Virus record (IMG/VR): IMGVR_UViG_3300024950_000032 | Location: 2,715-66,714 of that record | Reading direction: 5' to 3' (one strand) | From: a virus | DNA length: 64,000 nucleotides | Shown: piece by piece, positions 47,869 through 58,364 of the stretch | Numbering within the stretch: position 1 is the first letter of the stretch | Layout: every line of letters begins with the position of its first letter | Translations under genes and position numbers: made by a program | The notes under the pieces: model-generated | The model's database searches: none | What the model was told of the DNA's origin: nothing | What the model saw: the letters and a program-made list of their open reading frames with translations, nothing else

Positions 47869-49449
47869 ATGCTTGCACGCCTGAAATCCTTCATCACCGG
47901 AGTGGACCGCGAAGCCAAGGCGGCAGCGCCGGCCAGCGGGAAGTCGGGCTCGACCGTGTTGCCCAGCCAGCCTGTGCCCAAGGTGGCCAACAAGCAGCAG
48001 ACAGCGCCTTCGTACCTGACGACGGCCAAGCCGTCGCCCAAGTCACCGCTCATCCGGCAGGACCGCAACCTCGCCAACACGGACCTCCTGACTTACCGCA
48101 CCAGTGCGGACAGTCGCCAGGTCATCCGCGACTTTGCACGGGCTAGCCCGGACCTCAGCGCGGCCATCACGAGCTACATCCGCACGGGTATCACGAGCGG
48201 GTACAAGGCGATTGCCAAGAACCTGGATGGCACGGTCAATGCCGAGGCCACGAGCGCGCTGGCCCAGATCATCACCAGGATGAACATCCTGAATGACTAC
48301 AGCATCGGGTTCGATGACGGCTACTCGATCCGCAGCCTGAGCGAGGTATGGGCGCGGGACATCCTGCAGACCGGCGCCATGTGCGGCGAGCTGGTGCTGG
48401 ACAAAACACGGTTGCCGGACCGTATCCACCCGGTGGCCACGGCCCAGATCCGCTTGTTCCCCAGCACCGACGCGAAGAAGCTGGTGCCCAAGCAGTTCCT
48501 GGCCGGCGAGTACATCGACCTGGACATCCCGACCTTCTTCATGGTCACGTTGGATGCCGATCTGCAGGAGCCATACCCGGTCTCGCCGATCGAATCAGCC
48601 ATCCAGGGTGTGCTGTTCAGCGTCTCGTTCATGAACGACATCCGTCGCGTCGTGCGCCGGGCCATCCACCCTCGGATGGACGTCGCCATCGACGAGGAGA
48701 AGTTCCGCAAGGCCATCCCGCCTGAGATCCAGAACGACTCCGAGAAGCTTGAAGCGTACATGGCCACCGTCGTGGCTGACATTGAGGCCAAGGTGAACGG
48801 CTTGCAGCCGGAGGACGCCCTGGTGCACTTCGACACCATCGGCTTCACGGTGGTGGACCACGGCAATACCAACCTCAGCAACGAGTACAAGGCGTTGCAG
48901 GAGATGGCGAACGCCAAGATTGCCTCGGGCACCAAGACGCTGCCCACGGTGCTGGGCCAGAGCAACTCAAATGCGAACGTCGCCTCGGCTGAGGTCATGA
49001 TGTTCATGAAGTACGTCGAGGGCACCATCTGGGGCAAGCTCAACGAGATGTTCAGCAAGGTGTTCACGCTCGCCGTGCGCCTGCTGGGCTACGACGTCTA
49101 CGTCGAGTTCGAGTACAACGCCATCGACCTTCGCCCGAAGGCCGAGCTGGAGGTGTTCAAGTCCCAGGAGCAGAGCAGGGTGCTTGAGCAACTGAGTTTG
49201 GGCTTCATCAGCGATGAAGAGGCCAGCATCGCGCTCACCGGCCACCTGCCGAGCGCCTCGTTCAAGCCTCTGTCTGGCACAGGCTTCTACGGCGCGAAGC
49301 CGGCCGGCGCCGACCAGGCTGTGCCAGGTGGCGGCGCCACCGGCGCCAATCCGACCGGGGTACAAAAGCCCGGCGACGGCCCCAAGAACCCCAAGGGCCA
49401 GAACGGCGGCAAGACGGCGCCGGGTAAGCAAGCCAGCGTCTTCCAGTGA
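47869..49449 (+). CDS. portal protein
   Basis: ~526 aa following terminase; helical core, low-complexity C-tail. Confidence 0.85.
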   Translation: MLARLKSFITGVDREAKAAAPASGKSGSTVLPSQPVPKVANKQQTAPSYLTTAKPSPKSPLIRQDRNLANTDLLTYRTSADSRQVIRDFARASPDLSAAITSYIRTGITSGYKAIAKNLDGTVNAEATSALAQIITRMNILNDYSIGFDDGYSIRSLSEVWARDILQTGAMCGELVLDKTRLPDRIHPVATAQIRLFPSTDAKKLVPKQFLAGEYIDLDIPTFFMVTLDADLQEPYPVSPIESAIQGVLFSVSFMNDIRRVVRRAIHPRMDVAIDEEKFRKAIPPEIQNDSEKLEAYMATVVADIEAKVNGLQPEDALVHFDTIGFTVVDHGNTNLSNEYKALQEMANAKIASGTKTLPTVLGQSNSNANVASAEVMMFMKYVEGTIWGKLNEMFSKVFTLAVRLLGYDVYVEFEYNAIDLRPKAELEVFKSQEQSRVLEQLSLGFISDEEASIALTGHLPSASFKPLSGTGFYGAKPAGADQAVPGGGATGANPTGVQKPGDGPKNPKGQNGGKTAPGKQASVFQ

Positions 49450-49546
49450 TCCAAAAGTGACAGTTGTGTAGAAAAGGAAAGCACGCCATACTGCGTGCTA
49501 ACTGGCACATTCGGCTTGCTATAGCCGCACTTTGAGAGGATTCGAC

Positions 49547-50017
49547 ATGTCGGCTATGAGCGACACCCTGGAGAACAAGTTCATCGACTGGTTCTTCCGC
49601 GCCCAAGCACTTGGCATTGCCGGCGCGTCCGCTGCCGCAGGCACCGGCCCCGCCAACCTGTACGTCGCGCTGCTGACCGCTGCGCCGAGCGACACGGGTG
49701 GCGGCACCGAAGTGACGGGTGGCGCGTATGCCCGCGTGGCTGTGGCTTCGAGCTTGGCCAACTGGGCCGGCACGCAGGCGGCTGCCTCGGTGATTGCCTC
49801 GACCGGCACGAGCGGCACCACCAGCAACAACAACGCCATCACCTTCCCGTCGCCCACCTCGAACTGGGGCACGATCGTGGCGTTCGGTTTGTACGACGCC
49901 AGTACGGCCGGCAACCTGTTGTTCTACGGCACCCTGACCACCAGTAAGACCGTGAACAACGGCGACGCGGCCCCCAGCTTCGCTGCTGCCGCGCTGAGCA
50001 TCCAAATCGACAACTGA
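49547..50017 (+). CDS. virion fibre/spike-associated protein
   Basis: MSDTLEN...LYVALLTAAPSDTGGGTEV.GGAYARV...WGTIVAFGLYDASTAGNLL. Confidence 0.75.
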   Translation: MSAMSDTLENKFIDWFFRAQALGIAGASAAAGTGPANLYVALLTAAPSDTGGGTEVTGGAYARVAVASSLANWAGTQAAASVIASTGTSGTTSNNNAITFPSPTSNWGTIVAFGLYDASTAGNLLFYGTLTTSKTVNNGDAAPSFAAAALSIQIDN

Positions 50018-50053
50018 TGGCACCCGGGCGGCGCCCGCAGTGATTGACGAGAC

Positions 50054-50434
50054 ATGAACACCTACATCGTGACCCGCAAGAGCGACGGCGCCGAGGTCTA
50101 CCGTTACCAGGCCGCCGAGCCCATCGAGTGGAACGGCTGGGAGTTCGCCACGCACAACCACGCGCTGGCGCCCGACCCCGACGCCATCAACGTGTTCACG
50201 CCTCCGACCTTCTGGGACGAGGTGAGCTTCCTGCGCCGGTTCACCGACGCCGAGCGTCTGGCGATCCGCGAGCGTGCGCTGATCGACGTGATGCTGCAGG
50301 ACTTCATCGAGCTTGTCCGCGCAGCAGGAGGCGCCAAGAGCGATGACCCGGATCTGCCGCGGGCCATGGCGTATCTGGTGGCGCTGCAAATCCTGACGCC
50401 GGCCCGCGCTATTGAGATCATGGGAGCCGCCTGA
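50054..50434 (+). CDS. tail-fibre-assembly-like protein
   Basis: FLRRFTDAER...DDPD...L.ALQILTPARAIEI. Confidence 0.65.
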   Translation: MNTYIVTRKSDGAEVYRYQAAEPIEWNGWEFATHNHALAPDPDAINVFTPPTFWDEVSFLRRFTDAERLAIRERALIDVMLQDFIELVRAAGGAKSDDPDLPRAMAYLVALQILTPARAIEIMGAA

Positions 50435-52356
50435 TGGACGCCTACCTAGACCACGGCGCCTATGCCACCAACATCGGGGCCGCACCCACCTGGGGCGTGC
50501 CGCAAGAAGGCGATGGCAGCTCAAAGGACGCCGCCACGGCGGCCAGCGTCGGCTCGATCCTGATGACCGCCGTGCCGACCAGCGGCACGATCAGCGTCTG
50601 CGGCGTGAGCGTCAGCACCACCAGCGTGATCGGCGCAGCCAGCGCGGATGCAGCAGCCAACGCCCTGGCAACGAACATCAACGCGACGAGCACCGCCGTG
50701 GCGTCGGGCGTGGCCATCGGCACGCCGCAGCTGCGCAACTTGGTGTACGCACGCGGCCCGAGCGGTGGCGCACCGGCCGGCACCTGCCAGATCATGATGC
50801 GCGTTGGTTCGGCGACGCTGAACTACGCTAACAACACGAACGCAGCCATCGCAACGACCTTCACGGGCACGCCGGCACTTACTCAGTTTGCGGGCGGATC
50901 GGGCGGCTGTTGGGGCTGGTTCGTGAACACCGCTGCAATCGGCGTCAGCAACAGCATGTCGGCCTACACCTACGGCCTGTGGCTAGCCTCGCCGATGGTC
51001 CGGTATTCCGGCTTCGCCTTCGCAGAGTTCGACGTGGTGAATGTCCGCACGGGCCGGAACACGACGCTAAGCATCACTAGCGGCGCTGCTACCGGGGCGA
51101 ACAAGCCAACCTGGGTCCACATGCTGTTCGACTCGGGCGCGATCTGGACAGGCGACTCGCCGACTGCCAAGTTCACCCTGGACCTGGCCGCTAACCCCGG
51201 CAGCGGCTATGAGTTCGCAACAGCCAATCGCTTCCACGGTTTCAAGTGCAAGACCCTTGGCGCCTTCACGGTTACCTACTCCATCGGCGGGACCAGTACG
51301 ACGCCAATGACCTGGGCCTATGACAGCGGTGGCACGTCAACTGGCTGGCTGCACGAAAAGGTGTCGTTCATCGAGAAAGCGGGCAGCAACGCCAACTCTT
51401 GCCTGTACTTCGGTAACTACAGCTACCCCACAAAGGGAACAAGCGCCCTTGTTGACTGCCTGATCGACACCTCGGCGGTTCAACGCGTGAACCTGGGCTC
51501 CTCGATGATCGACTTCCGACTCGGGGCGTACTCGATCATCGGCTGCGATTTCCGCTGGACGCTGACCGGCACGGGCGGTGCGGCGTTCTCCGTGCCCTTC
51601 GCCAAGAACATCAATGCCGGCAACGCGCTCCAGATCGCCATGCGCGGCAACAAGTTCAGTTGCGGCCAGGCGGGTGATCTGACGCTGTTCCAGCAAGCAG
51701 TGGCGTTGGGCGCGGGCTCGACCATCATGTGCGAGAACAACAAGGGCGGCGGCTTCCCTGCGGGCTCTATCGGCCTGACCAACACGACAGTGCAACCCAA
51801 CAACGCGGCGCTGGTTTTCGACAACCTGGGTATCGGCGGCTCTGCCAAGTACGAGACGCGCCAGGGATATTGCGACTGGACGCTCGGCCAGCCGGTGCTG
51901 TCGTCGGTGTCGCCAGACGGAACACCCTGGAGCTGGATTGCGTACTGGACCAATGCGTCTTGGGTCATCAACCCGAGCCAGCCGTTCCTGCTCCCCGCCA
52001 CGCGCATCCAGTCGCGCCTGGCAACCGGCGTGCGCACATGGACTATCGAGGTGCTGCTGGACTCGGTGGCGCTGACCAACCTGCCGTCGTTCGGCTTCGT
52101 GGAGCTGCAGTACGTCAACGCGGCGGGCGACCCGGTGAGCGAACGTGTACCCGTGGTGCTGTCGGCTTCGTCTGCGGTCTGGAGCAACACCGTCAGCGCC
52201 CCCTACAACACCTGGGTGGCCCGCAAGATCACAGGCACCACCGCCGACTCGGTGAAGCTCAACAGCATCATCAACGTCCGCCTTGGCATGGAGCGCCCCG
52301 TTAACGGCGGCTCCACCGCAGCGTTCGCCGTTGACCCGGAGCCGTCATTCACATGA
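50434..52356 (+). CDS. beta-rich virion protein (fibre/receptor-binding-like)
   Basis: 640 aa, rich in G/T/S/A/N/W. Confidence 0.65.
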   Translation: MDAYLDHGAYATNIGAAPTWGVPQEGDGSSKDAATAASVGSILMTAVPTSGTISVCGVSVSTTSVIGAASADAAANALATNINATSTAVASGVAIGTPQLRNLVYARGPSGGAPAGTCQIMMRVGSATLNYANNTNAAIATTFTGTPALTQFAGGSGGCWGWFVNTAAIGVSNSMSAYTYGLWLASPMVRYSGFAFAEFDVVNVRTGRNTTLSITSGAATGANKPTWVHMLFDSGAIWTGDSPTAKFTLDLAANPGSGYEFATANRFHGFKCKTLGAFTVTYSIGGTSTTPMTWAYDSGGTSTGWLHEKVSFIEKAGSNANSCLYFGNYSYPTKGTSALVDCLIDTSAVQRVNLGSSMIDFRLGAYSIIGCDFRWTLTGTGGAAFSVPFAKNINAGNALQIAMRGNKFSCGQAGDLTLFQQAVALGAGSTIMCENNKGGGFPAGSIGLTNTTVQPNNAALVFDNLGIGGSAKYETRQGYCDWTLGQPVLSSVSPDGTPWSWIAYWTNASWVINPSQPFLLPATRIQSRLATGVRTWTIEVLLDSVALTNLPSFGFVELQYVNAAGDPVSERVPVVLSASSAVWSNTVSAPYNTWVARKITGTTADSVKLNSIINVRLGMERPVNGGSTAAFAVDPEPSFT

Positions 52357-52748
52357 GCGTGATCTTTGACGCCTGTTTCGGCCTGGCGCGCAGCGCCGTG
52401 ATGGTCCCGGACGTGCCGGGCGCTCGCACGGCGGGCAACTCGGCCATCGGCCGCATGCGCCTCCCGAGCGAGCCCATCGGCTCGGCGGCCATGACCTTCA
52501 CCGGACTCCCGGCCGGATGCGATGTAGTGGTGTTGCTGGCCGGCACGAGCATGGTGCTGCTGAGCGTGGACAGCCACCCGGGCACGAGCTACGCGTACCA
52601 GTACAACTACGGCGCTGACAGCTTGCCTAACGTCGATGTGGGTTTCATTAAGCCTGGGTATCTACCGTTCTACATCCGCAACCTGGCGCGACCCAAGGTC
52701 AACAGCAGCATCCCCGTCGCGCTCTCGGCCGACCGCAACTATTCGTAA
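52353..52748 (+). CDS. Ig-like virion protein
   Basis: TFTGLPAG..V...KPGYLP...DRNY. Confidence 0.6.
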   Translation: MSVIFDACFGLARSAVMVPDVPGARTAGNSAIGRMRLPSEPIGSAAMTFTGLPAGCDVVVLLAGTSMVLLSVDSHPGTSYAYQYNYGADSLPNVDVGFIKPGYLPFYIRNLARPKVNSSIPVALSADRNYS

Positions 52749-52757
52749 GGAGCCCTC

Positions 52758-54110
52758 ATGGCAAAGATCACCAGCAAAGCATCGCTGAACGTCGGCACGG
52801 AGCTGACGATTGACGAGGGTGCCCGCACCTTCACGCTGAACGTGGCCGGCAACCTCGTGGCAAAGGACGGCGTGATGCTGCAGGCGCTGTACTCCAAGTT
52901 CGTGGACCTATGGGCCACCGCCAGCTACCAAGACTCGCCTTTCCCGATGTACGCGATCGACGCGCTTTCCGGGCAGTTCCAATTCGGCACCGACGGCGCG
53001 ACCTTCAGCGGCTGGAAGCCGGCCAATGACGCCACGCGCCAGATGCTGCGCGATGGTGGCTGGTCTGAATACTCGGCGGCCGGCGCGCTGCAGCGCCAGT
53101 ACGTTGGCATCGTTGGCCTGGGGGTGGTCTCTGCCGGCGCGCAGCTCTACTACCAGCGCGCATCGACCGATGCCCCCACCAACTTCACCTTCGCCGATCA
53201 GTGCAACGAAGGCATTCAGGTGTTCGGCGACGCCACCAACGGAAACTTCGACAAGCGTGCGTTCTTCAAGGGCTTTGTGCGCGAGTACGGCAAGAAATAC
53301 AAGGACTCGGTGCTGGCGGACACCGGCAAGACCGCGACCGGCGCGTACATCGTGAACCTGCTGCTCTCCAACGAGGACGATCTCAAGATCCAGGCCAACG
53401 ACGCTTCGATGGCCGGGGCTCCGTACAGCGGCATCACGGTGAGCTTCTACTCGGCCAACCAGAACCGCACCATCGGCGGCACGGCCTACCCGTTCCGCGT
53501 GATCGTGGAGGGCAATGGTGCCCCGCTGGAGCAGATTTGCACCAAGGTGCAGTACTTGCTGCGCCAGGCGACCAACATCAACACCGCGGGCACTGCGGGC
53601 ACCGTGACGGGCAAGACCGCGGACGCGCTGCTGGCCTTCGTGGGCGACACGCTGCAGACCACGACGGGCGTGTTCATTGACAACATCAGCCCGGCCGACA
53701 GCAACCGGATCATCTTCAAGGACCAGAACGGCGTTGATCGCACGAACCCCTATACCGCGGCCGGCACGATCAGCTTTAACGCGCCGCTGGTGGGCTCGGG
53801 GTCGAGCTACCGCCTGATGTTTGCGGCTCCTCCGGGCGCTGGCAACGACTACGGCGAGGCCGGGGCGATCACCGTCAACGACGCGGCCGGCGTTCCGATC
53901 ACCGGAGCCATCGGGGCCGCGTCGGTCGCGTTTACCTACGACTACGACGGCAACGTGCAGGGCGGTGCTACCGCAGGCACGGACCGCAACGTTGTGCTGA
54001 TCGGCATCCGCCCCGGCTCGGGCAAGTTCGTGGCCGCAACGGGCGTGCTGACCCGCAGCAAGACCATCGCGCTGTCACTGGTGGCTGAAGCCGATCGAGT
54101 CTATGCGTAA
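52758..54110 (+). CDS. conserved virion structural protein
   Basis: 450 aa, AAGGAG RBS, ends ADRVYA. Confidence 0.7.
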   Translation: MAKITSKASLNVGTELTIDEGARTFTLNVAGNLVAKDGVMLQALYSKFVDLWATASYQDSPFPMYAIDALSGQFQFGTDGATFSGWKPANDATRQMLRDGGWSEYSAAGALQRQYVGIVGLGVVSAGAQLYYQRASTDAPTNFTFADQCNEGIQVFGDATNGNFDKRAFFKGFVREYGKKYKDSVLADTGKTATGAYIVNLLLSNEDDLKIQANDASMAGAPYSGITVSFYSANQNRTIGGTAYPFRVIVEGNGAPLEQICTKVQYLLRQATNINTAGTAGTVTGKTADALLAFVGDTLQTTTGVFIDNISPADSNRIIFKDQNGVDRTNPYTAAGTISFNAPLVGSGSSYRLMFAAPPGAGNDYGEAGAITVNDAAGVPITGAIGAASVAFTYDYDGNVQGGATAGTDRNVVLIGIRPGSGKFVAATGVLTRSKTIALSLVAEADRVYA

Positions 54111-54529
54111 TGGCAATTGCCTTTGACACCGTCACCAAGCGGATCATCCTTGACAGTGCCTCGGTGTCGGCCCAGCAGATTTACTCTGCCTGGGTCGACT
54201 GGGTATCGCAGGGCGACAACCTGAAGTGGTTGCCGGCGTTCCGTTCAGCGGGTGGGGACGATCTCGGGGGAGGGAAGTATTCGCCCCCGTATTACTTCCT
54301 CACCAACGGCTGGCGGGTGCGGCCCATGGAGGCCAACCACGTGCTGACGATCGACGGGAACCTGACTGTTGACGGTGGCGCGGGCGACCCCGTGGTCCCG
54401 ACGCTGGGCACGTTCAACGTGCTGATCAAGCTTGTCGTGCCAGTGCAGGCCCAGGCCTTCAACCCCGGCGCCAGCACCGGACCTACCCCAGCTGAGATCG
54501 CCGGTGCCGTTTGGGCTCACACGCAATGA
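54110..54529 (+). CDS. virion protein, paralogous to N-terminus of upstream gene
   Basis: QQIYSAWVDW vs QALYSKFVDLW. Confidence 0.65.
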   Translation: MAIAFDTVTKRIILDSASVSAQQIYSAWVDWVSQGDNLKWLPAFRSAGGDDLGGGKYSPPYYFLTNGWRVRPMEANHVLTIDGNLTVDGGAGDPVVPTLGTFNVLIKLVVPVQAQAFNPGASTGPTPAEIAGAVWAHTQ

Positions 54530-54795
54530 CGGCATGGGACAACCTGCTGGCCGCCAGCTCGCTCAGCTCGGGCACCGCCTGGGATCTGATCACTCACCCC
54601 CGCACTGGTGGGGGTGGGATCGTGATCAACGACGGCTACCTGGTCGAGCTGGTGGACGGCACCTACGGAGTTGAGGTGGCAGATATGCGAGTTGAAGTTG
54701 AGATCGATACACCAGAGCTTGTGACCGAAGTCCAGGACAACCCCATCGTGGTGGAGCTGTCCACCAACATCATCGAAGTTGAGGTACTGATATGA
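54526..54795 (+). CDS. small acidic virion protein
   Basis: Start MTAWDN, ATGA overlap. Confidence 0.6.
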   Translation: MTAWDNLLAASSLSSGTAWDLITHPRTGGGGIVINDGYLVELVDGTYGVEVADMRVEVEIDTPELVTEVQDNPIVVELSTNIIEVEVLI

Positions 54796-55130
54796 CCGAC
54801 ATCACCCGCAAGCGTGGTGACACCTACGCTGACGAGTTCATTCTCAAGTCCAAAGCCACCGGGCTACCCATCGACATCACGGGCTACACCTTCGTGTTGA
54901 CCGTGGACCCAGACAAGGCGCCGCTCAACGCCGACAACAACAAGTACAAGCTCACCGGGACCATCGTTGATGCGGCGGCCGGGCGCGTGGAGTTCGCTCC
55001 GACCGCCAGCCAGGCTGACCTGGTAGGGATCTTCTACTTCGACGTGCAGATGGTTCACACGAGCGACGGACGCAAGCGCACGATCGATGCCGGCAAGTAC
55101 AAGTACGAACAGGACATCTCCAAGGATTGA
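54792..55130 (+). CDS. BppU-N-like baseplate/fibre adaptor domain protein
   Basis: KRGDT...PIDITGYT...GRVEF...G.FYFDVQ. Confidence 0.65.
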   Translation: MTDITRKRGDTYADEFILKSKATGLPIDITGYTFVLTVDPDKAPLNADNNKYKLTGTIVDAAAGRVEFAPTASQADLVGIFYFDVQMVHTSDGRKRTIDAGKYKYEQDISKD

Positions 55131-55165
55131 TGTGGTATAACGCTGACAGAAATGGAAAGTAGGAC

Positions 55166-56644
55166 ATGAGCCGTAAATTCACGTACCCCGAGACGCTCTG
55201 GGCTGGCACTGACACCTCGCTTGCGGTGGCTGTCGAAGCCCACGAGCAGATCCTGGCCGGGTTCATGGATGGTAAGCCAGCTGGTGAGCAGCCTGAGGTT
55301 CCACGGCTGTTCTCGCAGCAGGATGCCGTGGGTGTCGTGTCCATCAAGGGCTCGCTGACCAACAACAACAGCCCCTGGAACAAGTACTTCGGTGTCACCT
55401 CGTACTCCGAGATCCGCAGCGCCATGATCCACGCGGCCATGGACCCGTCGGTCAAGATCATCATGCTCGACGTGAACTCGGGCGGTGGCGCAGTGTCCGG
55501 GGTAGCTGACACCGCCGAGCTGATTGCGCGCATCAACCGCGACATCAAGCCGGTACATGCGTTCACCGACAGTGCCATGATGTCTGCAGCCTATTGGCTC
55601 GGGGTATCGGCCGGCTCGGTGCACCTCTCGAATACCGCGCTGATGGGCTCCATCGGCGTGATCGCCACCCACATGGAGTACTCCAAGCAGCTGAAAGCTG
55701 AGGGCGTGGGTGTGAACGTAATTCGCTCGGGCGAGCACAAGGCACTGCTGAACAGCGTGGAGCCGGCCACCGAGAAGGCACTTGCCCAACTGCAGTCGCA
55801 GCTCGACACCACCTACGGTGTGTTTATCGGCCACGTCGCGGACAGCCGTGGCACCACGGTGGCCAACGCTGATGCAACGATGGGGCAGGGCCGCGAGTTC
55901 GTCGGCATCCAGGCGGTTGGCGCCGGTGCGGCCGACAGCGTGACTTCCTACGACGCTCTGATCAGCGAGTTGAGCGCGAAAGTACTTGACAGTGCGTATG
56001 CAAAACCCAACAATTCTGCCAATTATTCAAAAGGTGCAACCATGACTCGCAAGGCGCTTACCGAACAAGCCATCGCAGCTCTCGCTGCCGGTGGCGTTGT
56101 TCCGACTGCTGAGACGATCGCTGCAGCAACGGCTGACGCCGAGGCCGCCGCTGCAGCAGCCGCTGCAGCCGCTGCAACCGCCGCCGCTGCAGCTGAAGCC
56201 GAGACCGCCGCTGCTGCAGCCGCAGCTGCCACGCAAGTGACACAAGCGCAAAATGTGACGCCAGCAGATCCGGCCATCGTCACCTACCTGCAGAGTCAGC
56301 TGAAGGCTTCCGCCGATGAAGTGACCGAACTGAAGATCAGCCTGGCTGCCGCGAACTCCAAGGTTTCCCTGATGGAGGCCACGCACAACGGTCTGCTGCA
56401 GATCGCAGCCAAGTCGGTGTCGAACATGAAGGTCGCCCTGGGCATGACCGGCGTCGACATGACCGGCATGTCGGCTGACGTACTCCTGGTGGAACACACG
56501 GCCACGGCCGAGAAGTTCACCAACGCATTCAAGGCTGGCGGGGTCGCCGCTGTGAATACCGACGTCGAGGGCGACAAGCCCAAGGCGACGGTCGATCCGT
56601 TGCGAGCTGCTCGGCTTGCGGCGACCAGTTTCTCCAACAAGTAA
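55166..56644 (+). CDS. S49 prohead protease with nested scaffolding protein (internal start 56042)
   Basis: LDVNSGGGAVSG, MMSAAYW, GSIGVI, GEHK; Ala-rich C-terminal scaffold with its own RBS. Confidence 0.9.
   Translation: MSRKFTYPETLWAGTDTSLAVAVEAHEQILAGFMDGKPAGEQPEVPRLFSQQDAVGVVSIKGSLTNNNSPWNKYFGVTSYSEIRSAMIHAAMDPSVKIIMLDVNSGGGAVSGVADTAELIARINRDIKPVHAFTDSAMMSAAYWLGVSAGSVHLSNTALMGSIGVIATHMEYSKQLKAEGVGVNVIRSGEHKALLNSVEPATEKALAQLQSQLDTTYGVFIGHVADSRGTTVANADATMGQGREFVGIQAVGAGAADSVTSYDALISELSAKVLDSAYAKPNNSANYSKGATMTRKALTEQAIAALAAGGVVPTAETIAAATADAEAAAAAAAAAAATAAAAAEAETAAAAAAAATQVTQAQNVTPADPAIVTYLQSQLKASADEVTELKISLAAANSKVSLMEATHNGLLQIAAKSVSNMKVALGMTGVDMTGMSADVLLVEHTATAEKFTNAFKAGGVAAVNTDVEGDKPKATVDPLRAARLAATSFSNK
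55986..56014 (+). promoter_or_regulatory. internal promoter for scaffold-decoration-capsid genes
   Basis: TTGACA-17-AACAAT in an AT-rich patch upstream of ATG 56042. Confidence 0.55.
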
Positions 56645-56658
56645 CAGGAGCCTAAAAA

Positions 56659-57144
56659 ATGGCGAAGTTTCTGATGACCGAGCTTGTTGACATCTCCGAT
56701 GTCATCACCGCTCGCCTGGGTGCCGGCTCGGGCGCTGGCAACAACCTGACGGACGCCGAGGTCGGCAAGTTCTGCAAGCTGGCCGGTGAGAGCCGCTACG
56801 ACCTCTGTGCCGTGGGCAACGAGATCGAGGGCCGCATCTCTGCGCTGGAAGCGGCTACCCTGGACGCCTTCACGATCGGCTCGGTGCAGAACGAGGGCCG
56901 CTTTGCCGTCACGTTCGACGGCTTGCAGGCCACCCCCGGCACCGGCGTGCTTGCCATCGGCGACTACGTGGTTACGGGCACCCCTGTGGCCAAGGGCACC
57001 GCACTGGTGTTTGGCACCCCGGCCAAGGTCTGCAAGGCCACGGCTGCCGGCAACACCCTCAACTTCAAGTGGCGCGTCGTGTCGCTGGGCGCCGCAGGCA
57101 CCGGCGCCGTGGGCACGCAAGGCCTGATCGAATTCATCTGCTAA
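56659..57144 (+). CDS. capsid decoration/cement protein
   Basis: 161 aa between scaffold and capsid. Confidence 0.7.
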   Translation: MAKFLMTELVDISDVITARLGAGSGAGNNLTDAEVGKFCKLAGESRYDLCAVGNEIEGRISALEAATLDAFTIGSVQNEGRFAVTFDGLQATPGTGVLAIGDYVVTGTPVAKGTALVFGTPAKVCKATAAGNTLNFKWRVVSLGAAGTGAVGTQGLIEFIC

Positions 57145-57157
57145 GGAGCTGAGCAAC

Positions 57158-58345
57158 ATGCCCGCTTATATCGACGCACAAGGCAATACCCAGCAACTGA
57201 CGCTGGATGCCTCCATCTACCGCCAGGCCGCTCAAGCCGGCCTGACGGTGCCCCAACTGCTTGCGCAGACCCACCCGACGAACACCGAGCGCTACGGCTC
57301 GACGTTCAACCAGCTGCTGGAGTCGGAAGGCATCTTCGTTCGCGGCAACTCCGACGTGGGCATCCGTGCCTCGACGATGGATGCCATCCTGAACGGCCCG
57401 ACCATCAGCGCCGGTGGCGCCGGTCAGACCGTGAAGGACGCCGTGCCGGCCTCGCGCATCCTGTTCCCGGCCGTGTTCCTGCAGGCCATCGAGGACAAGC
57501 TCATCGCCAACCTGACGATGACGGCCGATGCCTTCGAGGAGCTGATCGCGGTGAGCGAGACCGTCAACGGCGACCGCTACGAGCAGCCGGTGATCAACTT
57601 CGACCGCCCGAGTGCCGCCCGCTCGCAAGGCATCAGCCAGCTGGCTGCGCCGCCTTCGATGCTGACCATCACGGCCAGCGACAAGGCCTACCGCATCCCG
57701 ACCTTCTCCCTGGGTCTGGAAATCTCGGACCAGGCGCTGAAGGCCACCTCGCTGGACATCGTCGCCCTGTCGATGGCCCGCCAGTTCGCCATCGAGCGCA
57801 ATGAGCGCGCCCAGAACTACGTGCTGGCCTTGCTGAACGGCGACGTCGACAATGCTGACGGCTCGCTGGCCAGCCTGGGCTTGGTCGACACTTCGTCCTC
57901 GTTCGATGCCGCCGCTGTGGTGGGCAACGACTACATCACCCAGAAAGCCTGGATGAAGTATTTGATGAAGAACGGCACCAAGCGCACCATCACCCACATC
58001 GTGACGGACATCGACACCGCCATGAAGCTGGAGAAGCGTGCGGGCAAGCCGGTGATCGTGGGCGACGATCCCAACTCGAAGCGTATCGACACGCAGTTCG
58101 ACATCATGAACCCGACCTGGGCCAAGAACCCCAAGGTGTTCCTGAGCCAGGACGCCAGCTGGCCCGCCAGCACCCTGATGGGCTTGGACAAGTCGTGGGC
58201 CGTGCGTCGTGTGCGCAACCTGAGCGCCGACTACCAGGGCATCGAGTCGTTCGTGCTGCGCCGCTCGACGGCCATGCGTGTTGACTTCGCTGAGCACGTC
58301 AACCGCCTCTACAACGACGCCTTCGGTGTGATGACCCTGGGTTAA
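57158..58345 (+). CDS. major capsid protein (HK97 fold)
   Basis: 395 aa, strong RBS, LEISDQAL, LLNGD, followed by terminator. Confidence 0.9.
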   Translation: MPAYIDAQGNTQQLTLDASIYRQAAQAGLTVPQLLAQTHPTNTERYGSTFNQLLESEGIFVRGNSDVGIRASTMDAILNGPTISAGGAGQTVKDAVPASRILFPAVFLQAIEDKLIANLTMTADAFEELIAVSETVNGDRYEQPVINFDRPSAARSQGISQLAAPPSMLTITASDKAYRIPTFSLGLEISDQALKATSLDIVALSMARQFAIERNERAQNYVLALLNGDVDNADGSLASLGLVDTSSSFDAAAVVGNDYITQKAWMKYLMKNGTKRTITHIVTDIDTAMKLEKRAGKPVIVGDDPNSKRIDTQFDIMNPTWAKNPKVFLSQDASWPASTLMGLDKSWAVRRVRNLSADYQGIESFVLRRSTAMRVDFAEHVNRLYNDAFGVMTLG

Positions 58346-58364
58346 GTCGTAACGGTAGAAAGAG

